Source: the human T2T-CHM13v2.0 reference genome, Homo sapiens. From it: DNA of 64,000 bases. Shown here piece by piece: positions 37,418 through 48,799 of the stretch. The stretch's first letter is position 1, and every line of letters starts with the position of its first letter. Location: positions 21,184,001 to 21,248,000 of the forward strand of contig CP086569.2 of NCBI GenBank assembly GCA_009914755.4, given 5' to 3'. A model generated the notes under the pieces. That model saw only the letters and a list, made by a program, of their open reading frames with translations, was not told the DNA's origin and did no database searches. The translations under genes were made by a program, and so were the position numbers.

Positions 37418-40400
37418 TTGTTCCTTCAGATGTTTCCAGAGTTTCTTCCTTCTGGCAGGTTCGTGATCTTGCTCACTTCTTTAATGAAGCTGCAGACCTT
37501 ACTGGTGAGTGTTACAGCACTTAAAGGTGTTATGTCCAGAGTTTGTTTCTTCAGATGTTTCCAGAGTTTCTTCTTTCTGGCAGTTTCTTGGTCTTCCTCA
37601 CTTCAAGAATGAAGCTGCAGACATTACTGGTGAGTGTTACAGCACTTAAAGGTGTTATGTCCAGAGTTTGTTCCGTCAGATGTGTCCAGAGTGTCTTCCT
37701 TCTGGCAGGTTCATGGTCTTGCTCACTTCACTAATGAAGCTGCAGACCTTACTGGGGAGTGTTACAGTACTTAAAGGTGTTTTGTCCAGAGTTTGTTCCT
37801 TGAGATGTGTCCAGAGTTTCTTCCTTCTAGCAGGTTCATTGTCTTGCTCATTTCAAGAATTAAGCTGCAGACCTTAGTGGTGAGTGTTACACCACTTAAA
37901 GTTGTTATGTCCAGAGTTTGTTCCTTCTCGTGTTTCCAGAGTTTCTTCCTTCTGGCAGGTTCGTGGTCTTGCTCACTTCTTTAATGAAGCTGCAGACCTT
38001 ACTGGTGAGTGTTACAGCACTTAAAGGTGTTATGTCCAGAGTTTGTTTCTTCAGATGTGTCCAGAGTTTCTTCCTTCTGGCAGTTTCGTGGTCTTCCTCA
38101 CTTCAAGAATGAAGCTGCAGACCTTACTGGTGAGTGTTACAGCACTTATAGTTGTTATGTCCAGAGTTTGTTCCTTCGGATGTGTCCAGAGTGTCTTCCT
38201 TCTGGCAGGTTCATGGTCTTCCTCACTTCACTAATGAAGCTGCAGACCTTACTGGTGAGTGTTACAGCACTTAAAGGTGTTATGTCCAGAGTTTGTTCCT
38301 TCAGATGTGTCCAGGGTTTCTGTCTTCTGGCAGGTTCATGGTCTTGCTCACTTCAAGAATGAAGCTGCCGACCTTAGTGGTGAGTGTTACAGCACTTAAA
38401 GGTGTTATGTCCAGAGTTTTTTCCTTCAGATATGTCCAGCGTTTCTTCCTTGTGGCAGGTTCATGGTCTTGCTCACTTCAAGAATGAAGCTGCAGACCTT
38501 ACTGTTGAGTGTTAAAGCACTTAAAGGTGTTATATCCAGAGTTTGTTCCTTCAGATGTGTCCAGAGTTTCTTCCTTCTGGCAGGTTCATGGTGTTGCTCA
38601 CTTCAAGAATGAAGCTGCAGACCTTAGTGTTGAGTGTTACAGCACTTACAGGTGTTGTGTCCAGAGTTTGTTCCTTCAGATGTGTCTAGAGTTTCTTCCT
38701 TCTTTCAGGTTCGTGGTCTTGCTCACTTCCTTAATGAAGCTGCAGACCTTACCGGTGAGTGTTACAGCACTTAAAGGTGTTATGTCCAGAGTTTGTTCCT
38801 TCAGATGTGTCCAGTGTTTCTTCCTTCTGGCAGGTTCATGGTCTTGCTCACTTCAAGAATGAAGCTGCAGACCTTACTGGTGAGTGTTACAGCACTTAAA
38901 GCTGTTATGTCCAGAGTTTGTTCCTTCGGATGTTTCCAGAGTTTCTTCCTTCTGGCAGGTTCGTGGTCTTGCTCACTTCTTTAATGAAGCTGCAGACCTT
39001 AATGGTGAGTGTTACAGCACTTAAAGGTGTTATGTCCAGAGTTTGTTTCTTCAGATGTGTCCAGAGTTTCTTCTTTCTGGCAGTTTCGTGGTCTTCCTCA
39101 CTTCAAGAATGAAGCTGCAGACATTACTGGTGAGTGTTACAGCACTTAAATGTGTTATGTCCAGAGTTTGTTCCCTCAGATGTGTCCAGAGTGTCTTCCT
39201 TCTGGCAGGTTCATGGTCTTGCTCACTTCACTAATGAAGCTGCAGGCCTTACTGGGGAGTGTTACAGTACTTAAAGGTGTTTTGTCCAGAGTTTGTTCCT
39301 TCAGATGTGTCCAGAGTTTCTTCCTTCTAGCAGGTTCATTGTCTTGCTCATTTCAAGAATTATGCTGCAGACCTTAGTTCTGAGTGTTATAGCACTTAAA
39401 GGTGTTATGTCCAGAGTTTGTTCCTTCAGATGTGTCCAGAGTTTCTTCCTTCTGGCAGGTTCATGGTGTTGCTCACTTCAAGAATGAAGCTGCAGACCTT
39501 ACTGGTGAGTGTTACAGCACTTAAAGCTGTTATGTCCAGAGTTTGTTCCTTCAGGTATTTCCAGAGTTTCTTCCTTCTGGCAGGTTCGTGGTCTTCCTCA
39601 CTTCTTTAATGAAGCTGCCGACCTTACTGGTGAGTGTTACAGCACTTAAAGGTGTTATGTCCAGAGTTTGTTTCTTCAGATGTGTCCAGAGTTTCTTCCT
39701 TCTGGCAGTTTCGTGGTCTTCCTCACTTCAAGAATGAAGCTGCAGACCTTACTGGTGAGTGTTACAGCACTTAAAGTTGTTATGTCCACAGTTTGTTCCT
39801 TCGGATGTGTCCAGAGTGTCTTCCTTCTGGCAGGTTCATGGTCTTGCTCACTTCACTAATGAAGCTGCAGACCTTACTGGTGAGTGTTACAGCACTTAAA
39901 GGTGTTATGTCCAGAGTTTGTTCCTTCAGATGTGTCCAGGGTTTCTGTCTTCTGGCATGTTCATGGTCTTGCTCACTTCAAGAATGAAGCTGCCGACCTT
40001 AGTGGTGAGTGTTACAGCACTTAAAGGTGTTATGTCCAGAGTTTTTTCCTTCAGATATGTCCAGCGTTTCTTCCTTCTGGCAGATTCATGGTCTTGCTCA
40101 CTTCAAGAATGAAGCTGCAGACCTTACTGTTGAGTGTTAAAGCACTTAAAGGTGTTATATCCAGAGTTTGTTCCTTCGGATGTGTCCAGAGTTTCTTCCT
40201 TCTGGCAGGTTCATGGTGTTACTCACTTCAAGAATGAAGCTGCAGACCTTAGTGTTGAGTGTTACAGCACTTAAAGGTGTTATGTCCAGAGTTTGTTCCT
40301 TCAGATGTGTCCAGAGTTTCTTCCTTCTTGCAGGTTCGTGGTCTTGCTCACTTCCTTAATGAAGCTGCAGACCTTACCGGTGAGTGTTACAGCACTTAAA

Positions 40401-41500
40401 GGTGTTATGTCCAGAGGTTGTTCCTTCAGATGTGTCCAGTGTTTCTTCCTTCTGGCAGGTTCATGGTCTTGCTCACTTCAAGAATGAAGCTGCAGACTTT
40501 TGTGGTGAGTGTTACAGCAGTTAAAGTTGTTATGTCCAGAATTTGTTCCTTCAGATGTGTCCAGTCTTTCTTCCTTCTGGCAGGTTCATGGTCTTGCTCA
40601 CTTCAAGAATGAAGCTGCAGACCTTACTGGTGAGTGTTACAGCACTTAAAACTGTTATGTCCAGAGTTTGTTCCTTCAGATGTTTCCAGAGTTTCTTCCT
40701 TCTGGCAGGTTCGTGGTCTTGCTCACTTCTTTAATGAAGCTGCAGACCTTACTGGTGAGTGTTACAGCACTTAAAGGTGTTATGTCCAGAGTTTGTTTTT
40801 TCAGATGTGTCCAGAGTTTCTTCTTTCTGGCAGTTTCGTGGTCTTCCTCACTTCAAGAATGAAGCTGCAGACATTACTGGTGAGTGTTACAGCACTTAAA
40901 GGTGTTATGTCCAGAGTTTGTTCCCTCAGATGTGTCCAGAGTGTCTTCCTTCTGGCAGGTTCATGGTCTTGCTCACTTCACTAATGAAGCTGCAGACCTT
41001 ACTGGGGAGTGTTACAGTACTTAAAGGTGTTATGTCCAGAGTTTGTTCCTTCAGATGCGTCCAGAGTTTCTTCCTTCTGGCAGGTTCATGGTGTTGCTCA
41101 CTTCAAGAATGAAGCTGCAGACCTTACTGGTGAGTGTTACAGCACTTAAAGGTGTTATGTCCAGAGTTTGTTCCTTCAGGTTTTTCCAGAGTTTCTTCCT
41201 TCTGGCAGGTTCGTGGTCTTGCTCACTTCTTTAATGAAGCTGCAGACCTTACTGGTGAGTGTTACAGCACTTAAAGGTGTTATGTCCAGCGTTTGTTCCT
41301 TCAGATGTGTCAAGAGTTTCTTCCTTCTGGCAGTTTCGTGGTCTTCCTCACTTCAAGAATGAAGCTGCAGACCTTACTGGTGAGTGTTACAGCACTTAAA
41401 GGTGTTATGTCCAGAGTTTGTTCCTTCAGATATGTCCAGAGTGTCTTCCTTCTGGCAGGTTCATGGTCTTGCTCACTTCACTAATGAAGGTGCAGACCTT
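37418..41500. repeat. Shorter higher-order periodicity of 12 and 14 monomers (1500/1750 bp) in the terminal part of the array.
   Basis: Similar ORF peptides recur at 37418/38918/40668, 37543/39043/40793, 37668/39150/40918, 37918/39543/41168 and 38043/39668/41293. Confidence 0.6.
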
Positions 41501-42289
41501 ACTGGTGAGTGTTACAGCACTTAACGGTGTTATGTCCAGAGTTTTTTCCTTCAGATGTCTCCAGAGTTTCTTCCTTCTGGCAGGTTCGTGGTCTTGCTCA
41601 CTTCAAGAATGATGCTGCAGACCTTAGTGGTGAGTGTTTCAACACTAAAAGGTGTTATGTCCAGAGTTTGTTCCTTCAGAAGTATCCAGGGTTTCTTCCT
41701 TCTGGCAGGTTCATGGTCTTGCTCACTTTAAGAATGAAGCTGCAGACCTTACTGGTGAGTGTTATAGCACTTAAAGTTGTTATGTCCAGAGTTTGTTCCT
41801 TCAGATGTGTCCAGAGTTTCTTCCTTCTGGCAGGTTCATGGTCTTGTTCACTTCAAGAATGAAGCTGCAGACCTTAGTGGTGAGTGTTACAGCACTTAAA
41901 GGTGTTATGTCCAGAGTTTGTTCCTTCAGATGTGTCCAGAATTTCTTCCTTCTGGAAGGTTCGTGGTCTTAGCTCACCTCCTTAATGAAGCTGCAGACCT
42001 TACTCGTGAGTGTTACAGCAGTTAAAGGTGTTATGTCCAGAGTTTGTTTCTGCAGATGTGTCCAGAGTTTCTTCCTTCTGGCAGGTTCATGGTCTTTCTC
42101 ACTTCAAGAATGAAGCTGCAGACCTTACTGGTGAGTGTTGCAGCACTTAAATGTGTTATGTCCAGGGTTTGTTCCTTCATATGTGTCCATAGTTTCTTCC
42201 TTCTGGCTGGTTCATGGTCTTGCTCACTTCAAGAATGAAGCTGCAGACCTTAGTGGTGAGTGTCTGCTAAAAACAATGTAAAAATATGT

Positions 42290-42835
42290 GTCTGCTAAAA
42301 ACAGTTTAAAAGTGTTCCTCTTTCTCCACAGCCTTGCCAGCATCAGTTGTTTCCTGACCTTTTAATAATCTCCACTATGACTGGTGTGAGATGATCTCTC
42401 ATCGTCGTTTTGATTTGCATTTCTCTGATGGTTGGTGATGTTGGGCTTTTTTCCATATGTTTGTTGGCTGCACAAATGTCTTATTTTAAGAAGTGTCTGT
42501 TTATATCCTTTGCTCACTTTTTAGTGGGTTTGTTTTTTTTTATTTTTGTAAATATGTTATTTTCCTTGTAAATTCTGGATATTAGACCTCTCTCAGATGG
42601 GTAAATTGCAACAATTTTCTCCCATTCTGTAGGTAGCCTGTTCACTCTAATAATAGTTTTGCTGTGCAGAAGCTTTTTTCTTTAATTAGATTCCATTCTT
42701 CAATTTTGGCTTCTGTTGCAATTCCATATGGTATTAGGTCTTCTGATTCTCCGCTAGTTTGGTAAGGATAATTGCCTACAGCTCCCTAGAGGCAATTATC
42801 TCAATTTTCTCAAAGGACATTATCTCCTTTTTTTA
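42290..42835 (-). mobile_element. L1 fragment (ORF2 C-terminal region), antisense. It directly abuts the satellite end.
   Basis: The reverse-complement L1 signature is visible: 'ccttgccagcatcagttgtttcctgacc...ctggtgtgagatg...gttttgatttgcatttctctgatgg...ttctcccattctgtaggt'. This is typical of the antisense 3' end of L1PA/L1PB ORF2. Confidence 0.7.
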
Positions 42836-44545
42836 TGTTTGCATATTATTCTGCAGAAAATTTGTTATCACAGTTTCTTCATCTATTCTATCATCAATGG
42901 TCCTTTAGGTTGATTCAATGTATTTGTTATTGCAAAACAAAAAAAATTGTATTTCACCTTACTAAGCTTCATAAATAAAAGTCTAAGAAAAAGTAAATTA
43001 TTTTCAGACAAGCAAGCACTAAGGGTTCTTGCTACAATCAGACCACCCTTACAAAAGTTATTTAAGGCGTGCTAAGCATGGAAACAAAACATAAAAACCT
43101 AACACTTTGAGAATACTATTATGCACATAGCCCACGAACTATGTAAAACATTATATAAGCAAGTCTACAAGACAAACTGCCAACAACATGAGGACAGAAT
43201 CAAAAGCTTATACATGAATATACATCCTGAATGTTAATTATCTAGATGTTCTCATTTAGAGGCATATTGTGGCAATCTGGACAAAAAGACAAAACTCGGC
43301 TGTCTGCAGTCTTCAGGAGATAAATCTTACATGAAATAAAACCCACAGGCTCAAATGAAAGAGATGGAGAAATGTATATCAGCTAAAGGGAAAATAGAAA
43401 AGAGTGGGGGGTCTCTGTTATGTCAGATGAAGCAGATTTTAAACAAATAACAATCAGGAAGGACACAGAAGAGTAGTACTGAATGATAACAGGTTCAATT
43501 TTTTTTAAAAAGCCTTAACTATACTAAATATTCATTTTCTCAACAAAGTAGCACTTAGATTCACAAAACAAGTTCTTCTTAATCTACGACAAGACTTATA
43601 CAGTCACACAATAATTGTAGAGAAATTTAATATTCCACAGACAGTGTTACATTGCTCATCAAGGCAAAACACTATTAAAGAAATTCTGTACTTAAATTTG
43701 ACACTTGAAAAATATGACCTAATAGTCACCAGTAGATTAGTCACCCAATCACTATAGAATATACATTCTTCTCATCTGCACATATAACTTGTTTTAGGGC
43801 TGACCAGGTTCTCAGCCATAAAGCAAGTATAAATAAATTTTAAAAAATGAAATTGTGCCAAGCACTCTTGGAACATAGTGCAATAAAAATAAAATAAATA
43901 CAAATACATATCTTAAAACTACACAAAAACATGCAAATTTAAAAATATGCTTCTCAATAACTATTGAGTAAACAATAATATGGACAGAAATGGAAACGAA
44001 TCTCTGAAATTAATAAATATAGAGACACAACTTACCAAAACTTTGGGGATGCAACTAAAACAGTTTTAAGAGAAACATTTATAGTACTAAATATGTCAAA
44101 TCAACAACCTAACATCACAATGAGAGGAACTAGAAAACAATAACAATCTCACCCCAAAGCTATTAGAATTTTAAAAAAAACTAAAATTGAAGAATTGAAC
44201 AAAACTGAGACCCAAAAACTCACACAGAAAATTAATAAAACTGTGTTTTATTATTATTTAGAGAATTATTATTTAGAGAATAAGACTGATAGACTGTTAG
44301 ATACACTAAAAAATAAAAAAAATGAAGATCCAAATATGCACACAATCATAAATGACAAAGATCACATTAAGCCAATCCCACAGAAATAAAAAAGATCCTC
44401 AGAGGCTATTATTAGTACTTCTATAAAGAAAATTAGAAAATATAGAGGAAATGAATACATTCCTAGAAATACATAATGTCCCAAGATAGAAGCAGGAAAA
44501 AAGTGAAAACCTGAACAGACCAATAATAAATTTGGAAACCAAATC

Positions 44546-44722
44546 AATAATAATAATAGTTATTGTTATTAATAATATATTATGTTAACATATAATAAAT
44601 TATTATACCTAATATATAGTAAATATAATATGTAATATTAATATAATATTAAAATAATATATTACATGTAATATATTATTGTTATATAATTAATATATAA
44701 TATCAATATAATAACAATAAAA
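44546..44722. repeat. AT-rich simple or low-complexity repeat inserted in the old L1.
   Basis: The run 'aataataatagttattgttattaataatatattatgttaacatataataaatt...' is essentially 100% A/T. Confidence 0.7.
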
Positions 44723-44832
44723 CTATGAACAAAAAGCACTGACCAGATTGATTCACAGCCAAATTCTTGATACCAATCCTATTGAAAGGTTTCCAAAAAA
44801 TTAAGGAAGAAAGAGTTTTTATAAATGCTTTC

Positions 44833-45036
44833 TTTTTTAAATTATTTTGTTTTTCTGAGATGGAGTCTGGCCCTGTCACCCAGAATGGAGTACAGTAGTG
44901 CGATCCTGGATCACTGTAACCTCTTACTCCCAGGTTCACGTGATTCTACTTGCCTCAGACACTTGAGTATCTGGGACTACAGGCGTGCACCACCATACCC
45001 AGCTAATTTTTGTATTTTTAGTAGAGACAGTTTTTA
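44833..45036 (-). mobile_element. Alu fragment (right arm plus part of left), antisense, nested in the old L1.
   Basis: Reverse-complement Alu is visible: 'gagatggagtctggccctgtcacccagaatggagtacagtagtgcgatc...cctcagacacttgagtatctgggactacaggcgtgcaccaccatacccagctaatttttgtatttttagtagagaca'. Confidence 0.75.
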
Positions 45037-46991
45037 CCATGATGGCTAGGCTAGTTATTAACACATTCTTACAAAGCCAACATCATTCTGACAAAATCTT
45101 ACAAAGACACAACAACAAAAGCTTCAGGCGAATATTGGTAAGTATAGATGCAACAACAAATCTATAAACATAAAAGCAAAAATCCTCAACAAAATACTAC
45201 AAAACTGAATCAGGCAGAACTTCCAAAAGATAATTCACCACCATCAAACAGATTTTATTTTTGAAATGCAAGATTGATTTAACATACACAAATCAGTAAG
45301 TATAACTCACCACATAAAAATAATTCAGAATGAAAACCATATTTCAAATGATGCAGAAAAAGTTTTGATAAAATCCAACATCCCTTATTGATAAAAGCCC
45401 TCAGCAGTTTAGGCACTGAAGGAACACAACTCAAAATAATAAGCACTATGTATGAAACTCACATGCAAAAATTCACTATATATAAAACCAACCTCAGACT
45501 GAAAGAGAAAAGTGAAATTGTATCCTTTGAGAACTGGGGAATTATACGGATGCTACATTCACCACTTCTATTCAACAAAGTATTATACATCCTAGAAAAA
45601 GCAGCGAAGAAAAATAAATAAATAAATAAATCCAAATAGGAAATTAAGTTGAATTATCTTTTTTTCTGACAGTATAATTTTATTACCCACCCCCCAAAGA
45701 AAACCTCTAAAGAGTTTCCAAAATGGTTCCTGGAACAGATGTAAAAGTTAATAAATTTCAGAATATAAAATTATATTACAATAATCAATAGTAAGTTTAC
45801 ACATCAATACAATTTTAAGTAACAACCAAATTTAAAACAATTTTATTTATGGAAGCCACACACAAATAAACACAAAATACATAGGAATAATTTAGCCAAT
45901 TAAGTGAAAGGTATCTATAAAGAGAACTTTAAACCAGTCTTGGAAGAAGTCAGGGATGACACAAATAACAAAAAAAAAATATTACATGCTCATGAATTGG
46001 GAGAATAATGAGTTAAAATCTCTACACTGCACTAAGAAGTTTGTAGAAACAATGCTAACAGTGTCTACCTATGTAAATTTTCACAGAATTAGAAAACTCT
46101 ATTGCAAAATTTATTTGAAACCAAAAATGGCCCAAACAACCTATGCAATTGTAAGCAAGGAGAATAAAGCTGGAGGCATCACACTGACCACGTTTAAACT
46201 GTACTGTATGGCACAAACAAAATTTTTTGTAAAATATAAACAGACCTATAGACAAATGGAAAAGAGGAGTGAACATATAGATAAATCTGCACATCTAAAA
46301 CTATCTGATCTTGGACAAAATCAGAACAAAACTAAAGGCATCACACTACCTGACTTCAAATTATACTAAGTCTATAGTTTATATATACACAAGTCTATAG
46401 TAACTAAAACTTCATGGTACTGCTACCAAAACAGATATATAGATTAATGGAGCAGAACAGAGGCCTCAGAAATAACACCACACATCTACAACCATCTGAT
46501 TGTGACCAAAAAAAGCAATGGGGGAAGGATTCCCTCTTCAATAAATGGTGTTAGGAAAACTGACTAGCCATGTGCAGAAAACAGAAACTGAACCCCTTCC
46601 TTACACTTTATTAAGAAATTAACTCAAGATGGCTTAAAGACTTAAACGTAAAACCCCAAACCTAGGCAATACCATTCAGAATATAGGCATGGGAAAAGCC
46701 TTCATATCTAAAACAGCAAAAGCAATTGCAACAACAACAAAAAAAAAAAAACAGAATTGTCAAAGTGGATCTAATTAAACTAAAAGTCTTCTGCTCAGGA
46801 AAAGAAATTATCATCAGACTGAACAGGCATCCTACAACATGGGAGAAAGTTTTTGCAGTCTATCCATTTAACAAACGGCTAATAATCAGAATCTACAAGG
46901 AACTTAAACAAATTTACAAGAAAAAAAAACAACCCCATCAAAAAGTGGATGAAGGAGATGAACAGACACTTCTCAAAAGAAGACATTCATG

Positions 46992-47284
46992 GCCAGGTGT
47001 GGAGGCTCACACCTGTAATCACAGCACTTTGGGAGGTCGAGAAGGGCATATCAGGAGGTCAGGAGTTTGAGACCAGCCTGGCAAATATGGTGAAACCCTG
47101 TCTCTACTAAAAAGTACAAAAATTAGCCAGGCATGGTGGTGCACACCTGTAGTTCCAGCTAATTGAGAGGCTCAGACAGAAGAATTTCTTGAACCTAGGA
47201 GGCGGAGGTTACAGTGAGCCAAGATTGGGCCACTGCACTCAAGCCTGGGCAACAAGCGAGACCCCATCTCAAAGAAAAAATAAA
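46992..47284 (+). mobile_element. Alu (AluS-like), sense, inserted into the L1 ORF2 remnant with a 14-bp target-site duplication.
   Basis: Sequence: 'ggccaggtgtggaggctcacacctgtaatc...gcctgggcaacaagcgagaccccatctcaaagaaaaaataaa'. The target-site duplication 'agaagacattcatg' is present at 46977-46990 and again at 47286-47299. Confidence 0.85.
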
Positions 47285-48099
47285 GAGAAGACATTCATGC
47301 AGTCGACAAACATATGAAAAAAAGCTCATCATCACTGCTCATTATAGAAATGAAAATCAAAACCACAATGAGATAGCATCTCACACCAGTTAGAATGGCG
47401 ATTATTAAAAAGTCTGGAAACAACAGATGTTGGCTAGGATGTAGAGAAATAGGAATGCTTTTATACTGTTGGTGGGAATGTAAATTTGTTCAGCCATTTT
47501 GGAAGACATAATGGCAATTCCTCAAGGATCTAGAACCAGAAATACCATTTGACTCAGCAATCCCATTACTGGGTATATACCCAAAGGATTATAAATCATT
47601 CTACTATGAAGAAACATGCACATGTATGTTTATTGCAGCACAATTTACAATAGCAAAGAGTTGAAATCAACCCAAATGCCCACCAATGATAGACTGGATA
47701 AATAAAATGTGTCACATATACATCATGGAATACTACGCAGCCATAAAAAAGAATGAGTTCATGTCCTTTGCAGGAACATGAATGAAGCTGGAAACCATCA
47801 TTCTCAGCAAACTAACACAAGAACAGAAAACTAAACAACACATGTTCTTACTCGGAAGTGGGAGTTGAACAATGAGAACACACAGATGCAGGGAGAGGGG
47901 TTGGCGTTAAGGGGAGGGAGATCATTAGGACAGATACCTAATACATGAGGGTTTTAAAACCTAGATGATGGGTTGATAGTTGCAGCAAACCAACATGGTG
48001 CATGTATATACATAACAAACCTGCATGTATAAATTCATAACAAACTTGCATATTCAGGACATGTATCCCAGAATTTAAAGTAAAAAAAAAAAAAAGTAA

Positions 48100-48750
48100 A
48101 GACAGAAAAAGGTAAAGAAATAGCAGATGTTTGCAAGGATGCTGAGTAATGTGAAATATTATGTACTCTTGGTGGGAATGCAAACTAGTTCAATAACTGT
48201 GGAATGCAGTCTATTATTCTAAAAAAAGTATGTATATATTCACACACATATATTATTTCTCATATATACATATATATGAGAAATATATAATATGTATATA
48301 TGAGAAAGATATATGTGTGTGTGTATATGTGTGTATATATATGTGTATATGTATATATCCTGTATATATATGTATATATGTGTATATACATATATACATA
48401 TATTATGTGTGTGTTCATATATATGTGGGTATATATATGAGAGAGAGTGAGAGAGAGAGGCCTTTATTCTACTTCATGTAATGCAAAAACAGAAAAACAA
48501 ATACCATATGTTGTCACTTATAGATGGAAGATAAAAATTGAATATACATAAATAAAAGGTTGGATAAAATAGGCACGGGGCAACTAGTCGGGGGAGTAAA
48601 GGAGAAGAAATAGACTAAAGAACCACCTTTTGGGTACTTTGCTTACTGCTTGGTTATGGAGCCATTGGTACCTCAGCATCACATAGTTTACCCATGTTGC
48701 AAACCTACATTTGTACACTTTAATCTATAATAAAACCTCAAAAAAAAAAA
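48100..48750 (+). mobile_element. Old L1 3'-end fragment (sense), interrupted by a simple repeat. It ends in a poly(A) at about 48740-48750.
   Basis: 'ctcttggtgggaatgcaaactagttcaataactgtggaatgcagt' resembles the L1 ORF2 C-terminus. '...caaataccatatgttgtcacttatagatggaag...gggtactttgcttactgcttggttatgg...aaacctacatttgtacactttaatctataataaaacctcaaaaaaaaaaa' resembles the L1 3'UTR end. Confidence 0.5.
48229..48460. repeat. Compound simple repeat, (TA)n/(TG)n/(TATATG)n then (GA)n.
   Basis: 'tatgtatatattcacacacatatattat...gtgtgtgtgtatatgtgtgtatatatatgtgtatatg...gagagagagtgagagagagagg'. Confidence 0.85.
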
Positions 48751-48799
48751 CTCTTTTTAGAGTAACGCCTGTGTTACTACCTTAGTTATTTCTAGAGTG

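Larger units (their letters stand above)
1..42266. repeat. 125-bp satellite tandem array, about 338 head-to-tail monomers. Consistent with DYZ19-like, LTR12/HERV9-LTR-derived satellite. The left edge is cut by the window.
   Basis: Exact 125-bp periodicity is directly visible: 'tactggtgagtgttacagcacttaaagg...' recurs at 1, 126, 251 and onward. The ORF track shows near-identical peptides every 125 nt. The monomer resembles LTR12 3'-region motifs (ggtgagtgttacagc...gaatgaagctgcagacc) with CpG decayed to TpG/CpA. The DYZ19 assignment is from recollection, not a database search. Confidence 0.85.
43200..48095 (+). mobile_element. Old L1 (L1M/L1P lineage), ORF2 through 3'UTR, sense orientation. It carries nested insertions and ends in a poly(A) at about 48075-48090.
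   Basis: Colinear similarity to L1 ORF2 runs from the endonuclease region (43.3 kb), through the Z and reverse-transcriptase regions (44.0-45.6 kb, e.g. 'gacccaaaaactcacacagaaaattaataaaactg', 'aatcctcaacaaaatactacaaa'), to the ORF2 C-terminus and 3'UTR (46.0-48.09 kb, e.g. 'ggaggcatcacactacctgacttcaaattatac', 'ttggtgggaatgtaaatttgttcagccattttggaagac'). The 5' part is very diverged and is called with low confidence. Confidence 0.55.

Noticed and set aside
44-42238. More than 300 overlapping + strand ORFs of 60-117 aa (MFLQMCPEFLPSGRFMVLLTSRMKLQTL...), which might suggest a family of small cysteine-rich proteins.
   Set aside because: They recur every 125 nt in step with the satellite monomer. 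They overlap each other in different frames and have no start or stop context beyond the repeat. Their 'conservation' is just DNA repeat identity. They are translation artefacts of a tandem repeat.
1-42266. Could the regular 125-bp array be a CRISPR array or another prokaryotic repeat system?
   Set aside because: There are no unique spacers. The whole unit is repeated with about 90-100% identity. The surrounding sequence is full of Alu and L1 elements. This is primate satellite DNA, not a repeat-spacer array.
45956-47070. ORFs 45956-46369 (137 aa) and 46726-47070 (114 aa).
   Set aside because: The first contains L1 ORF2 remnants ('...NKAGGITLTTFKLY...', '...[11 protein letters not shown]'). 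The second runs from L1 ORF2 remnant into the inserted Alu ('...[21 protein letters not shown]...'). Both are transposon-derived and not genes.
48230-48481. An 83-aa ORF rich in Tyr/Ile/Cys/Val (48230-48481).
   Set aside because: It is translated from the (TA/TG)n simple repeat, a composition artefact.
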